64,000 bases of DNA, taken from Mobula hypostoma (lineage: Eukaryota). Below are positions 22,431 to 35,345 of the stretch, in pieces. The stretch covers positions 175,958,001 through 176,022,000 of the forward strand of contig NC_086097.1 of the NCBI RefSeq assembly GCF_963921235.1. Reading direction: 5' to 3'. Made by a program: the position numbers and the translations under genes. Position 1 is the first letter of the stretch. Each line of letters opens with the position of its first letter. The notes under the pieces were generated by a model. The model was not told the DNA's origin. It ran no database searches and worked only from the letters and a program-made list of their open reading frames with translations.

Positions 22431-24130
22431 TGAGGGGTCAAGTTAGGGGAGAGGCTGGGACGCTGGGGGATGAATGAGGGGAGTTGGGGTGGACGAATGG
22501 GGAAGGGAGGGGTGAAGGTGAAAAGTCGTCGAGGGGTGGGGAAGGGGAGTGCAGAGTGGGGGAATCTAACCCTCATCAAGTGCTGGAGGAACTCGGAAAG
22601 ACTGCGGGGGGGGGGAGAGGTGTAGTTGGAGTTGTAGGGGGTGGGGAAGGGTAGTGGGAAAGGGTTGAGGGGTAGTGTGGGGAAGTGGAGATGGAGAGGG
22701 TGGGGATAGGGACGAGCGCGGGGAGGGAGCAGGAGGAAGGACATGGAAAGGAGTAAGTGAAATTTATTATTATTGAACTATATGCATGTATATAACATAA
22801 CCATATAATGTATATAGAAAGGAGACAAATTTTCTTTGAACCAGGGTGTGAAGCATAGTAGTACACAGAACACACAATAACTTATGAAGGCAAGGATAAC
22901 ATCCACAGATGAATCACACATAAATAACTAAAGTACCTTCATTTTAAATATTGGAAGGTGTGGATCAGATTAACCAGTGACACTTCGAATACAATGGAGT
23001 AGGCAGTAGGGAGTTTTGGGGAAGAAACTGCTTCCCATCCTGACAGTTTTTGTTTTTATGCATCGTATCTTTTGCCTGATGGTAGAAAGTCCAAGAGCAT
23101 TGAGTAAAGATCCTACTCATCAAAAGGGCCCCATGCGGGCAGCGCTCCTGAGAAATGTCTGATGGATGGAATTGAGACCCCTGTGATCCTCCCAGCTGTT
23201 CTCAGTCCGTTGTACAGTGTTCTGGTCCAATGGTCGACTGCTCCCATAGCAGATGGAGATGCAACTTGTCAGGACACTCTCAATGGTGCTCCTGTACAAC
23301 GCAGTTAAGAATGGGGGGTGGGGGAGATCTACTTGCCTCAATCTTCTTAGGGAGTGGGGGCACTACTGTGCCTTCTTGTTCAGGGAGTTGATTATAAGGA
23401 CCAAGGCAGGTCATCAGTGATGTGAACTCCCAGGAACGTGGTGCACTTAATTCTCTCTATGGAGGTGCCATGTATTTGCAGAGGATACAGAAAGAAGACA
23501 GGGAGGAGGAGAGACTATGGAAGAGGGTGGGGTTGAGGAGAGTTAAGATGGCCAATGAAGGGGGATGTGGGAGTAAGGTGGGGATGTTGGGGAAAGATGG
23601 CATTGAGGAGGGTGGAGGAACTGGCAAGAAGGGAGGCAAAGGGGAGAGTGGTGGCAAGTGAGGAGGAGAGTTGAGTGAGATGAGAGATACATTAGTAATG
23701 AGGAGAATTTGACAGCAGAATAGGGAGAGAAGGGCTTTTATTGGTGGGAGGGAGGGAGTGGGTTGAGGGCTGGGTGGAGTGAGGGTGTGTGTGTCTGGAA
23801 CAGGGATTCGTTGTGGGGTGGTATTGGAAGGAAGTGAACAAAGGATTGGGGAAGGAGGGGAGGAGGAAAGATGAAATGGAGATGGCAGGGGAGAAGGATG
23901 TGGGTAGGGAACAGGGAAAGGAGTGAAAGAGGAGGTGAAGGGGTTGGTGACAGGGGAGAGGGTGGGGAGGGGACGCGACAGAGGGGAGAGGGTAGGGAGG
24001 GTTTGTGGGATGGGGTGAGCAAAGTACTGGTTATGATTTCAGAGATTGAGGTGATGGGAGGGGGACAGGATGAAAGGGTGCAAGAGGGAAAAAGAGGGAA
24101 GAGCGAGTAATGGAGAGAGGAAGGCAAAGA
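22300..24130. repeat. G/purine-rich low-complexity tract (22300-22750 and 23480-24130) split by a Rex1 remnant
   Basis: Dense GGG/GGA runs on the + strand. Confidence 0.75.
22760..23480 (-). mobile_element. Degenerate Rex1/Babar-like 3' fragment
   Basis: LPHPPFLTALYRSTIESVLTSCI remnant. Confidence 0.75.
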
Positions 24131-24344
24131 TGATTGAAGTGAAGAGATTTAGTGTTGTAAGTAGTTTAGTGCAGAAAGGAGGCCAGATGAGTATTAGAAA
24201 CTGAAATTATAACCTTTTCAGTCAATACTAGATGTTCAATACTGAATACACAAAATAATTCTCATATTTCAGTAACTAATGTTTTGATAACTTTATTTTT
24301 ATCTGTAGATTATACATACATGCTTCAAAATATTTTGAAGGATC

Positions 24345-24805
24345 ACCATAAGACCACAAGATACAAGAGTACATTTAGGCCATTTGGCCCAGAGTAATGG
24401 CTGATCCAATTTTCCTCTCAGTGAATATCTCCTGCCTTACCCCAATATCCCTTCATGCCCTGACCAATCAAGAATCTATCAACCTCTGCCTTAAATATAC
24501 ATAAAGACTTGGCCTCCACAGCTGCCTGTGGCAAAGAATTCCACAGATTCACCACTCTCTGGCTAAATAAATTCCTTCTCATCTCCGTTCTAAAAGGACT
24601 CCCCTCTATCCTGTGTCCTCTGGTCTTAGACCCTCCTGCCATAGGAAACATCCTCTTCACATCCACTCTATCAAGGCCTTTCACCATTCAATAGTTTTCA
24701 ATGAGGTCACCCTCATACTTCTGAATTCCAGTGAATACAGGCCCAGAGCCATCAAATGCTCTTCATATGACAAGCCATTCAATCTTGGAGTCATTTTCGT
24801 GAATC
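24345..24805 (-). mobile_element. CR1 3' fragment
   Basis: KGLDRVD...FSQRVVNLWNSLP. Confidence 0.85.
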
Positions 24806-25432
24806 AGGCAGTTATATCATAAAATGCCAACTGTTTGGGTCTAAACTAAATGGTCTGTTATAACAGGTCTGTACTAATGAAACCTCTCTTATTAAACAAT
24901 ATGGCACATTGGAGCCATCACAATAAGGAACCTTAATGACAAACAAGCAAAAGTTCATTAAGTCTTGGAAATGCATTTGTAGAAAAAAATGTCCTGGCTT
25001 TCTCTCTCTCAATCATTTCCCCTTATTTATACCTGCTGTGATTAACAAGTCACTGCTACCACTATTCATCATCATTCTCTTGAGTGTCATCCTATCAGAA
25101 CCCTTTGTTCTCTTCATTCCCCCCCCTCAAAAATTCTACTTCTAATTTTTCCCAGCTCCAATGGTGAATCTTCAGTCTCAGACAGTATTTCCACCACATT
25201 TCTGTCTCTATGCTTTTGGCATTTTATATAGATTAAAAACTGCTGCTGTGAGTATGATTTGTATCTAATAACTGCAGAATAGCCTTATTGTCCTTCCCCA
25301 CATGCAATATTCTGTTGAAAATCAGTTTCATACAAAGCAGATAAAACAGATGTGTATTTGCACATTCTTCTATTGTTAATACATTTTGTTGCTGTAAATA
25401 TTTACACTGTTTAATAGTATTTGATCTGAGGA

Positions 25433-26567
25433 TTTATTAAATCTCCATCGCTATCAATTTAAGTGAATCAGTAGTTGCTTACATTCAGTATGGGAATACC
25501 TCACTGCTCATTTAAATAACATTACTGTACTTACTCCACTTTCAAAGGTTTAGTTTAAAACATTTTCAGTGCTTTTCCGCATGTGACAACATTTCGGACT
25601 TCACAAACCTTTAAGGCAGTGAGTTCCAGAACTCTGTCACATTCTTAACTAGTATTTTTTCCCCCATTGAGTCCTCTTTCAAAATTGCTGATCACAAAAT
25701 TAAATGGTGATACACTACACACTTTGGCCCATCATTTGGGTCTTAGCTCTTGAGTGAAAGTCCAAATTAATCAATCTCCAGTGTTTCTTCCTTTCAACCT
25801 GGGAAAACCGGCATTAACCATTTCCTTGAATCCCTGAATTTTCAATCCGTGAAAAATGGATACAGTTCTCCCTCAGAAAGTGACAATTTTAAACATAACT
25901 AGGGCTGACTTAATTAAAAAGTAACTCCGGAATGCTTCATTTAATTTGGAAGAAACACAATTTTGTTGAAACCTGCTAAATTCTTCTACAAATATACACA
26001 AGACAGTTTTCTTTTCATGGCACAAACTACTTAAAATTTCCCTCAGGAATTTATACTCTTGCTTTTGTGAATATCAACATGAGCAAATAAGAGAACTGAA
26101 ATTTCTCTTTAAGAATTGAAGTGGTTCATATAATGCAGAAGCAAACCTAGAAAGCAAGCAGTTACATGATGTTTTAATGTTCCCAGTGAAGTGCAGTTGT
26201 ATTCATAGAATTGTAGAGTCGTACAGCCCATCCATAGTCATGATTTTTTTAATCTTCAAGGAAAATTTCTCACTTTTGAACTTTTCCAACAATTCAGACA
26301 TTATTGGTCTTATTTTTTTTGCACATCCGACACCTTGTCCAGCTTCTGAATATGATGATCCACAGGCTAATAGTTTGTGTAGATATAAAATGTGTTAATC
26401 CAAATATATTGTTTGAGCTTCCATTTTGAAGCTTTTTAATTTCACCTTTGGGAAAATAGTATAGCTGTTGTTAGAATTGTGCATCAACAGCCGCATCCGG
26501 ATATTTTCAAATCCCAGAACTTTCTCTGTATTTTGAAACTCGTCACCTGGATGTGGAGAATTGCCTA
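25433..26567 (-). other. Probable desmoglein 3' UTR ending near an AATAAA at 25438-25433 (alternative AATAAA at 24297-24292)
   Basis: AT-rich sequence with no repeat I recognise directly after the stop; TTTATT on the + strand. Confidence 0.5.
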
Positions 26568-27569
26568 TTATTGCATTACCTGCACAACTTTTGTTACCTT
26601 CGTCACTGACGTGTGGACGTCATTGTCAGAGGAGGTAACGGATCTGCGGGACACCCTGGTTTTCTGGACCACTTCTTCATTGGGAAGAGTACTGCTCTGC
26701 ATCCCTTCCATGCCATACTTAACCGACTTCTTCAGTGTGACATTTTTGTGGATGGTGGGGATGTGGTCCAACGATGAATCAGAGAGTGTGCTCTGGGAGT
26801 CTCCTTTATGAATAGACTTGGTCAGCATTACATTCTTCTCGACTGCGTGTGGCTGGAGGATCATTCCTTGCATGCCTCCTGCGCCACCTTCAATGACGTT
26901 GGTCACTACAGCATTATGGTGAGTGACAGACGGGTTGAAAATCATTGCTGGGTTCCCTCTGGGGCTGTTGCTGAACTCCTCAGTTACTATAACATTTTGG
27001 TGGGCAACAGAAGGGTCAATGATCATATTTGGAATCACTTCAGCTCCACCATTCACCATCTTGGTCATGACAATGTTTTGGTGGGCAATGTTAGGATCCT
27101 CTATGATGCTAATCCTTCTTGGGATAGTATTAACTTGATTAGTCACTACAATATTTTGATGGTCAAAAGCTTGATTGGCAGTGAGAGGCACCATGTCTAC
27201 CACAGGATTTATTGTGGTTGTCACAACATAATTCTTCCTCCTTAGAGTCGAATCGGGAATTATATTCATTGCTTGCAATCCCACTGAACTGGAGGAGACG
27301 GACTGTCCCTTCACGATTTCTTGATGAACTGGAGCATCAACAGACACAGTTGATTCTTGGATCTTCAATTTGTCTGTGCAGATATCAGCCAGTGTCTTGA
27401 ATTTCATGTCCAGGTTGTCCAAGTAGGAATCTCCAGTTTCAAATCCACCCTCGATGATGTTGCAGCTGTCGATCGATCCAGCTAGAGAGCCATCTCCTTC
27501 ATAATTGTAGATCAATAAAGTGTCATGGCCAGGGGAGGTCTGGTCTTCTAAATTATGCGTGTCAACTTT
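26568..27569 (-). CDS. dsg2: Desmoglein last exon: catenin-binding segment, repeat-unit domain and terminal domain (333 aa)
   Basis: tttttttccag| acceptor; LLIYNYEG..S.AGSI.SC...YLDNL..KFKTLADIC; 7-8 NxxVT-type repeats; TAA stop. Confidence 0.95.
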   Translation of the reverse strand, partial: KVDTHNLEDQTSPGHDTLLIYNYEGDGSLAGSIDSCNIIEGGFETGDSYLDNLDMKFKTLADICTDKLKIQESTVSVDAPVHQEIVKGQSVSSSSVGLQAMNIIPDSTLRRKNYVVTTTINPVVDMVPLTANQAFDHQNIVVTNQVNTIPRRISIIEDPNIAHQNIVMTKMVNGGAEVIPNMIIDPSVAHQNVIVTEEFSNSPRGNPAMIFNPSVTHHNAVVTNVIEGGAGGMQGMILQPHAVEKNVMLTKSIHKGDSQSTLSDSSLDHIPTIHKNVTLKKSVKYGMEGMQSSTLPNEEVVQKTRVSRRSVTSSDNDVHTSVTKVTKVVQVMQ

Positions 27570-28495
27570 CTGGAAAAAAAAATCATCTTTGTAACATACT
27601 ACAACAGAAAATAAACTTGCATATAAATCAGAAGGCAAGAATTGAGAGCAGGAGCTGCAAGGCTAATCTTAAATCTGTGCCACTACACAATGGGATTTCA
27701 GATGATCTGGTAAATTGGTTTATTGTCACATGTATTGAGGCACAGTGAAAAACCACCCACAGAGCAATTTGCGAGAAGAATGCGTGGAAGTAATACAAGA
27801 ACAAACAATAACAGAGTGCAGAATAAAGTGTTACAGTTATAGAGGAAGTGCAAGGCCATAATGAGGTAGATTGTGAGGTCTCAACTTTATTACCCTTGAA
27901 TTTGCTCTAGGTCAAAAATCAGTCTGTCATAGAACAACACAGCACAGAACAAGTCCTTCAGCCTGCAATGTCCGTACCATACATGATGCTAAATAAAATT
28001 AAATCACTCCTGGTGCACATGGTCCATATACCTCCATTCCCCGTGTCTAAAAGCCTCTTAAACAGCACTGTTATATCTATTTCCACCAACTCCTTCACTG
28101 GCTGCCCACTCATGCACCCCACTACTGTTAAAAAGAAACTTGGCTCACACATTTCCTTTAATCTTTCCCTTTTTGCCTTAGATACATGGCTTTAGTATTC
28201 GATATTTCTACCCCAGGGAATAGGTCCCGACTTACACCTTCTATAATTTTATAAGCTTTTATCAGGCCTCTTCTCAGACTGTGATGCTCTAGAGAAAACA
28301 GTTTGTCCAATCTCCCCTCATAGCTCATATACTCTAAATCAAGCAGCATCCTGATAAGCAGTTTCTGTACCCTCTCCAAAGACTCCACGTACTTCCTGTA
28401 ATGGCTGTGAAGATCTTTAATGACTGTTTCATGGATCTCTGGGGAAGAGACAGCCAAGGTTTTGGGTCAAGAGCATTCAGTGATCTGAAATATAG

Positions 28496-29358
28496 TGTTA
28501 CGAGAATACACATAAAATTAAGATGTTTGCTGGCCTGGGTTAGCATCAGTGATATCAGCAGTTGGTCTGCCACCTGCCCTCAGGGGAAGGAGAGATAAGG
28601 AACAATGGAGCAGCGTCTGGAGATGTGTAATGAAGGGACGTGGGAGAGAGAGAGCTGTCTGGAGCGGCTCCCCCTTTGAACCCTGAGCTGTTTGAAGTGA
28701 TGGACAGGCGATACCCCAGCAGGGGGATAAAAAGGGACAGGTTCGCTAAGACAGACACACGCCACCCGAGGTAACGAGACCCTGGAAGCGGTGCGCCTCT
28801 CACGAGTGGGTGAGAAGTATCAGACAACGACCAGGGTGGAAAGGTACGATCAGCGGGAACCCGGTGTGTGTCCGCCCTTGCCTGGGTGCCGGGTTCACTG
28901 CAGAGGATCGACCGCATCTGGAGGAGGGGTCACAGTCGGTGACCTCAGGTGACATCACCAAGGACCCGCCCAAAAGTTGCTTGTGAGCAATCTCGCCGGT
29001 CTGTGAGTGAAGCTGTGCTGAATGATCAGTTGTTCCTGTTCTCTCTGTCTCTCTTCCCCCCCACCTTGTCCATCGCCATGGCAACGATTACTGCGAACTG
29101 AACTACTAACTGGACTGAACTTTGAGTCATTTTGAAATTTGGTCATTTACCCCTAGACAACGATAGAGCTTGATTGATGCTGTTATCTTAATTCTGTGCA
29201 CATGTGTGGTTATCATTGTTGAACTGTTGCATTTATTATCCTTTCGATTACTGTGTTGCTTGTTTCTTTAATAAAACTTTCTTAGTTCTAGTAATCCAGA
29301 CTCCAACTGAGTGATCCATTTCTGCTGGTTTGGCAACCCAGTTACGGGGTACGTAACA
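28496..29358 (+). mobile_element. Solo LTR (863 bp), probably Gypsy-type
   Basis: TGTTACG...CGTAACA termini; 4-bp duplication ATAG (28492-28495 and 29359-29362); GATAAAAA at 28726; AATAAA at 29270; CpG-rich. Confidence 0.9.
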
Positions 29359-30744
29359 ATAGACAGATCATTTCTCTCCATTGATGCTGCCTGACACACT
29401 GAGCTCTTCCAGATTTTTGTATGTTGCTCTAGTTCCCTTACCAGGCTGAAATATAACCCATCAGGATTCATTATATGGTGTAGAAGTTTGAGAGAATCTT
29501 GTGAATTTTCTCGGATGCTTGAGAAAGTACAGATTGATGTGCTTTCTTGATCACTACCAGGACCAGGAGAGGCTACATGGATGCCAAGCAACCTGAAAAT
29601 GTTGACAATCTCTAGAGCAGCTCTCAGCACCACAGCATCACCTCAGTTTCTAGGTCAACAACTAGCGCTTTCAGCTTTATGTTAATGTATACTTTGTAGT
29701 GCTAAACTGCCTCCACGCTGTATACTCTGCTTTAATCTGCAAAATCTAAACAATATGCAATAGATTAAGGAGATAGTGGAAATCTGGAGTAACATACAAA
29801 ACACTGGGGGAACTCAATGGGTCAGACAGGGTGCAGAGACACAGATACACGGAAACACAGGACAGTACTTGCTATAATTCAGAAAAATTAGATGGAATCT
29901 CAGAAATATAAAATTATGACAAGATGGAGGCAGGAACACTATTTCCGCTGGTACACAAGACTTGAACTAGGTGATACACTATAGCCTAAAATTTGGGGAA
30001 TAGATTTAGGATGGTGAAGTATTAAGACAGTAAAATTTCCCAGAAAATAGTCTGTGAAATTCTTTGGCAGAGAAGTATTGGCTACCTCATTGAATACATT
30101 TAAGACACAGTAAGATAGATTTTTGCATAGCAGGATTGTGGGGAAAAGGTAGATGAATGGAGCCGAGTCCAGGGACAGATCAGCATGATTTCATCAAATG
30201 GCGGAGCAGGCTTCATGGGCTAGGTTGCCTCCCTCTGCTCCTAGTTCTTGTGTTTATAGAGAGTATCATTAATGATACTTAGTCACAATTTAATGAATTA
30301 ACTGGATTTATATTGGTTAATAGGCAGAAGATCAAATGCAAGGAGAATCAGGTTGAGGGTCTGCATTTGGTGGATATCATATTTATTAGTGTTGTGACTA
30401 CAGCTGTGGTTAATCTATTACAATGGCTTGGTTGAAGTGATCAAGTGAAATGAATCCACATTTGCCAACGATGAACACTAGATGGCAGTGTAGGCAGGGA
30501 AAAGACTACAGACTGATTCCTGGGAGGTGTATGTAGACAGATGATTTGACAAGGAGATGACAGATGGAAAACAGTCATAAAGTCTAAGGCTAGAGTCAGA
30601 GTCCCTGTCAGATATAGTACAAGCTAAAACATAACAGAATATAGATTGTTATTTGTCTTTTACACTATTTTTGTAACTTAATGCAATTTTTATTTTTTAA
30701 CTGTACTGCCTCCACAAAACAAATTTCATGACATCTAAATAGGT

Positions 30745-30975
30745 CCTTCCAGCCCTTCAAGCCAATTCTCCCAGCAATCCCACGATTTGATCCTAGCCTG
30801 GTCACAGGACAATTTACAATATTGGTATGTCTTTGGACTTTGAGAAGAAACCAGAGGATCTGGAGAAAACCCACGCAGTTACAGTGAGAACATATAAATT
30901 TCTTGCAGGCAGTGGTGGAAATTAAACTCTCGTCTCCTGCACTGTAATGTGTTGTGCGAACCACTATGCTGTTGG
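30745..30975 (-). mobile_element. tRNA-derived V-SINE-like element (HE1-like)
   Basis: Core ctgcgtgggttttctcc...ctctggtttcttctc..agtccaaagac; related copies at about 36085-36290 (+) and 8885-8960 (+). Confidence 0.65.
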
Positions 30976-32077
30976 CCTGAAGCATTCACTATTTCCATAG
31001 ATGCTGCCTCACCTGCCCTCCAGCATTGTTGTGTGCGTTGCGCAGAGAATAAAGTCTGACTGCTGCAGAGAACATCCAGTCAAGTAGACTATAAGGTGCA
31101 AGGTCATGATGAGGTAGATCCTGACATGGATGAGGGGGGTTTGGAGGGATATGGTGCAGGTAGATGAGACTCAGCAGAAGATCAGGTTGGAATGGACCAG
31201 GTGGGCTGAAGGGCTTGCTTCTGCACTGTAGTGCTCTATGAGTATTCCCACCGAACCCTGATAACTTTTAACCATGTACTTACTGAGACTCTGCTTCCAT
31301 TGCTCTGAGGAAGTCAGTTTCAAAGATACATAATATACTGAGAGGAAACAATCAACTCTACTTAAATAGGTCATCCTCCATTTTAAACTGTAGCTTAGTT
31401 TGTCAATTCACTGGATTTACATTTAAATATTAGTATAAATCAGCAAAGCTATTAGCAATAGACTTACAATTTTTTTTTACAAACTGGTCAGTGATTGGAC
31501 TAGAATCAGAAGTTGGTTGCAGATTCTCACTCAGATTACTAATGCCCGATTTGTGCATAGCCTGTACATACAGTACATGCAAGTGTTTGGGAGAATGATG
31601 GAATGGATTTGATGGCTGTCATTGGGCTGTGTGGGAACTGGGTTTGCAGCTGGATTTCTGAGTTGTGGACTATCCAAGTTACAAACAGTTCACAGGAACA
31701 GAGCCTTGTCAGAACCCAGGGTGTTCCTGTACACCACTCTTGAGCTTATTCCAAAACCAGAGTTGGTCCTGTACATTATCCATCAAATCTCTATCCTTTA
31801 TTCCCAGATAACCATCATATTCAAAAGTTACCTGATATTTGCCAAGGACCTGCATGATACCTAGATTAGAGGGCATGTGTTAGGAGGAAAGGTTGAGTGA
31901 ACCAGGGCTTCTCTTTGGACCAAAGGTGGTAGAGAAGTGAATTGATAGATGTCTGAAGATGATAAGAGGCAAAGATAGAGTGGACATCCAGCACATCTTT
32001 CTCAGGTCACAAATGGTTAATGCAAGAGGGCATAATTTTAAGGTAATTGGAGGGGAGTATATTGGGGGGGGGGCGAG

Positions 32078-32418
32078 AATGTATGACGGTGGTGTCTGAA
32101 AAGAGGAGGCTGTCCAAGTTGCATGCAATCTTGGACAATGTCTCCCATCCACTACATAATGTACTGGGTGGGCACAGGAGTACATTCAGCCAGAGACTCA
32201 TTCCATCGAGATGCAACACAGAGCGTCATAGGAAGTCATTCCTGCCTGTGGCCATCAAACTTTATAACTCCTGCCTTGGAGGGTCAGATACCCTGAGCCA
32301 ATAGGCTGGTCCTGGACTTATTTCCTGGCATAATTTACATATTACTATTTAATTATTTATGGTGCAACTGTAGCGAAAACCAATTTCCCCCGGGATCAAT
32401 AAAGTATGACTATGACTA
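32078..32418 (+). mobile_element. Young LINE 3' fragment (Rex1/Babar-related) inside a CR1 remnant
   Basis: ILDNVSHPLH...TERHRKSFLPVAIKLYNS; gggatcaataaagtatgactatgacta tail. Confidence 0.75.
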
Positions 32419-32809
32419 ATATACACGTGCGCGCATACACACACACACACCCCACCAGGGTGGTGGTAGTTGCTGATAGATTAGAGACATTTAAGAGACT
32501 TAAATGTCTTTAAGGGCAGGAGGGAAAGGCTAGATTGATCTTGGGAGTATATTAAAACTGCTAGTTTCTGCTGTACTGTACTGTGACTGAAGTACATTGC
32601 TAATTGTATAAGCAAGGTTGGATGAGGGAGAATGCCTTCCTTCAGAGTCATATAGCAATGAAGCTGGCCTTTCGGTTTAACTCATCACTGCTAAGCAAGG
32701 TTCCCATTTCTCACATTTGGTCAATATTCCTCTAAACCTTTCTTATCCACTCTCCTTTAAAGGTTAGATCTGTCTCAACCACTTCCTCTGGCAGCTCACT
32801 CCATAGATT

Positions 32810-34180
32810 TCATTATGAGTTTGAGGAGATTTGGCTTGTCAACAAAGACTCGAGCAAATTTCCATAGATGCTTCCTGACTGGTTGCATTACTGTCTGGTA
32901 TGGAGACGACAATATGCAGGATCACAAGAGACTCAGCCAGATCCATCATGGTACAACCCTCCCCACCAACAAGGACATTTTCCAAAGGCGGTGCCTCAAG
33001 AAGATGGTGTCCTTCATTAATGACCCTCACCATCTAGGACATGACCTATTCTCATTACTACCATCAGGGAGGAGGTACAGAGACTCAATGTTTTAGAAAC
33101 TGCTTCTTACCTTCCGTCATCAAATTTCTGACCAGTCCCCAAAACCATGAAGACCAACTCATTATTCCTCTTTTGCACTACTTAAATATTACATCAAAAC
33201 TAATCAATAAGCTTCAAGATCTTGGCCTCAATACCCCCCTGTGCAATTGGTTCCTCCATTTCCTCACTTGCAGATCCCTGTCGGTTGGGATTGGCAACAT
33301 CTCCTCTACAATCTCCATCAACACAGGTGCACCACAAGGCTGCATGCTCAGTCCCCTGCTGTACTCACTTTACACTTATGTTGCTCAGCAATACCAATAC
33401 CATATTTAAATTGGCTGATGACATCACTGTCATTGGCTGAATCAAAGGTGATGGTGAATCAGCATATAGGAGGGAGATCGAAAATCTGGCTGAGAGGTGC
33501 CACAGCAACTCAATGTCATCAAGATCAAGGAGCTGATTATTAACTTCAGGAGTAGAAAACCAGAGGTCCACGAGCCAGTCCTCATCAGAGGATCGGAGGT
33601 GGAGAGGGTCAGCAACTTTAAATTCCTCAGTGTTATCATTTCAGAGAATCTGTCCTGAGCCCAGAACACAAGTACAATTATGAAGAAAGCACGACATCAC
33701 CTCTACTTCCTTACAAGTTTGCGAATATTCAACATGACATCTAAAACTTTGACAAACGTCTGTAGATGTGTAGTGGAGAGTATATTGACTGGCTGCAGCA
33801 CAACCTGCTGTGGAAATGCCAATAACCTTGAATGGAAAATCCTACAGAAAGTAGTGGATTTGGCCCAGTCCATCATGGATAAAGCCCTTCCCACCATTAT
33901 GCAATGAGAGTTGTTGCAGGAAAGCAGCATCCATCATCAGGGATCTCGCCACCCAGTTCGTGCTCTTACTGCTGCCATCAAGGTGGTACAGGAGCCTCAG
34001 GACTCACACCACGAGGTTCAGGAACAGTTATTATCCCTCAACCATCAGTCTCCTGAATCAGAGGGGATAACTTCACTCAACTTCCCTGACCCATCACTGA
34101 ACTGTTTGCACAACTTATGGTCTCACTTTCAAGGACTCATCTCATGTTCAATATTTGTTGCTTATTATATTTTTTTCTGA
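32810..34180 (+). mobile_element. Degenerate Rex1/Babar-like fragments
   Basis: [24 protein letters not shown] and KKARHHLYFL remnants. Confidence 0.8.
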
Positions 34181-34509
34181 GCTCAAGTTGGTAAAACCTG
34201 AGGTACAGGCATACCCAAGCACACTCACTTCTCAATTACCAATCTCGTCTGACCTCTCTTATTAACAAGGGATCTTCACCTATAGGACTACCACATGATT
34301 GGTTGATTAGATATTTGCATTAACAAGGTGTACAGCTGTACCTAATAAAGTGGACACTCTGTATGTGCTGTTCTTGATGTTTATTGTGTATTCATTTATT
34401 ATTACTTTTTGTATTTGCACAGTTTGCGCACTGGTTGACTGCCCTGTTGGGTACGGTCTTTCATTAATTCTATTATGGCCATTAGATTTATTGTGTATGC
34501 CTGCAAGAA

Positions 34510-35345
34510 AATAGGAAGATAGGTGGAGGGGCAAGTACTGATGAGGAAGCAGAGAGGCTACGGAAAGACCAAGACAGATTAGGAGAAGTGGCAGATGAAA
34601 TACAGTGTTGAGAAGTGTATGGTCATGTACTCTGTTAAAAGAAATAAAAGCACAAATTTTCTAAATTTTCAAAAATCTGAGGTGCAGAGGGACTTGACAG
34701 TCTTTGTGCAGGTCTCCCTAAAGGTTAATTTGCATGTTAAGTCAGTGGTGAGGAAGGCATATGCAATGTTAGTGTTAATTTTGAGAGGACTAGAATATAA
34801 AAGCAAGGAAATAATGTTGATGCTTTATAAGACCTCACTTGGAGTATTATGAGCAGTTCTGGGCTGACAGGATGTGCTGACATTGTAGTGGGTTCAACGT
34901 AAATTCACAAAAATGATTCCAGGATTGAGATTCTTGTCATATGAGGAGCATTGGATGGTTTTGCTGGGTCTGTACTCCATGGAATTCAGAAAAATGAGGG
35001 GAGAATCTTATTGAAACCCATCAAATGCAGAAAGGCCACAATAGAGTGGATGTGGAGAGTTTGTTTCCCATGGTGGAGGAGTCTAAGACTTGAGGACACA
35101 GCCTCAAAAGAGGGAATCCATTTAGAACGAAGATGAGGAGGAAATTCGTTAGCCAGAGAGTGGTCAATCTGTGGAATTCATTGCTACAGGCGGCTGGGGA
35201 GGCCAAGTGGTATACTTAAGACAGAGGTTGATAGATTCTTGATTAGTCAGGGCATGAAGGGATATGGGGAGAAGGCAGGAGACTGGGTCAGCCATGATGA
35301 ATCAGTGGGTCAAGTGGCTCGATCCTACTCCTACATCTTATGGTC
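34510..35345 (+). mobile_element. Degenerate CR1 3' half
   Basis: RGLEYKSKEIML; SQRVVNLWNSL. Confidence 0.8.

Noticed and set aside
22277..24127. Pro-rich and Gly/Glu-rich ORFs
   Set aside because: By-products of the G-rich low-complexity tract.
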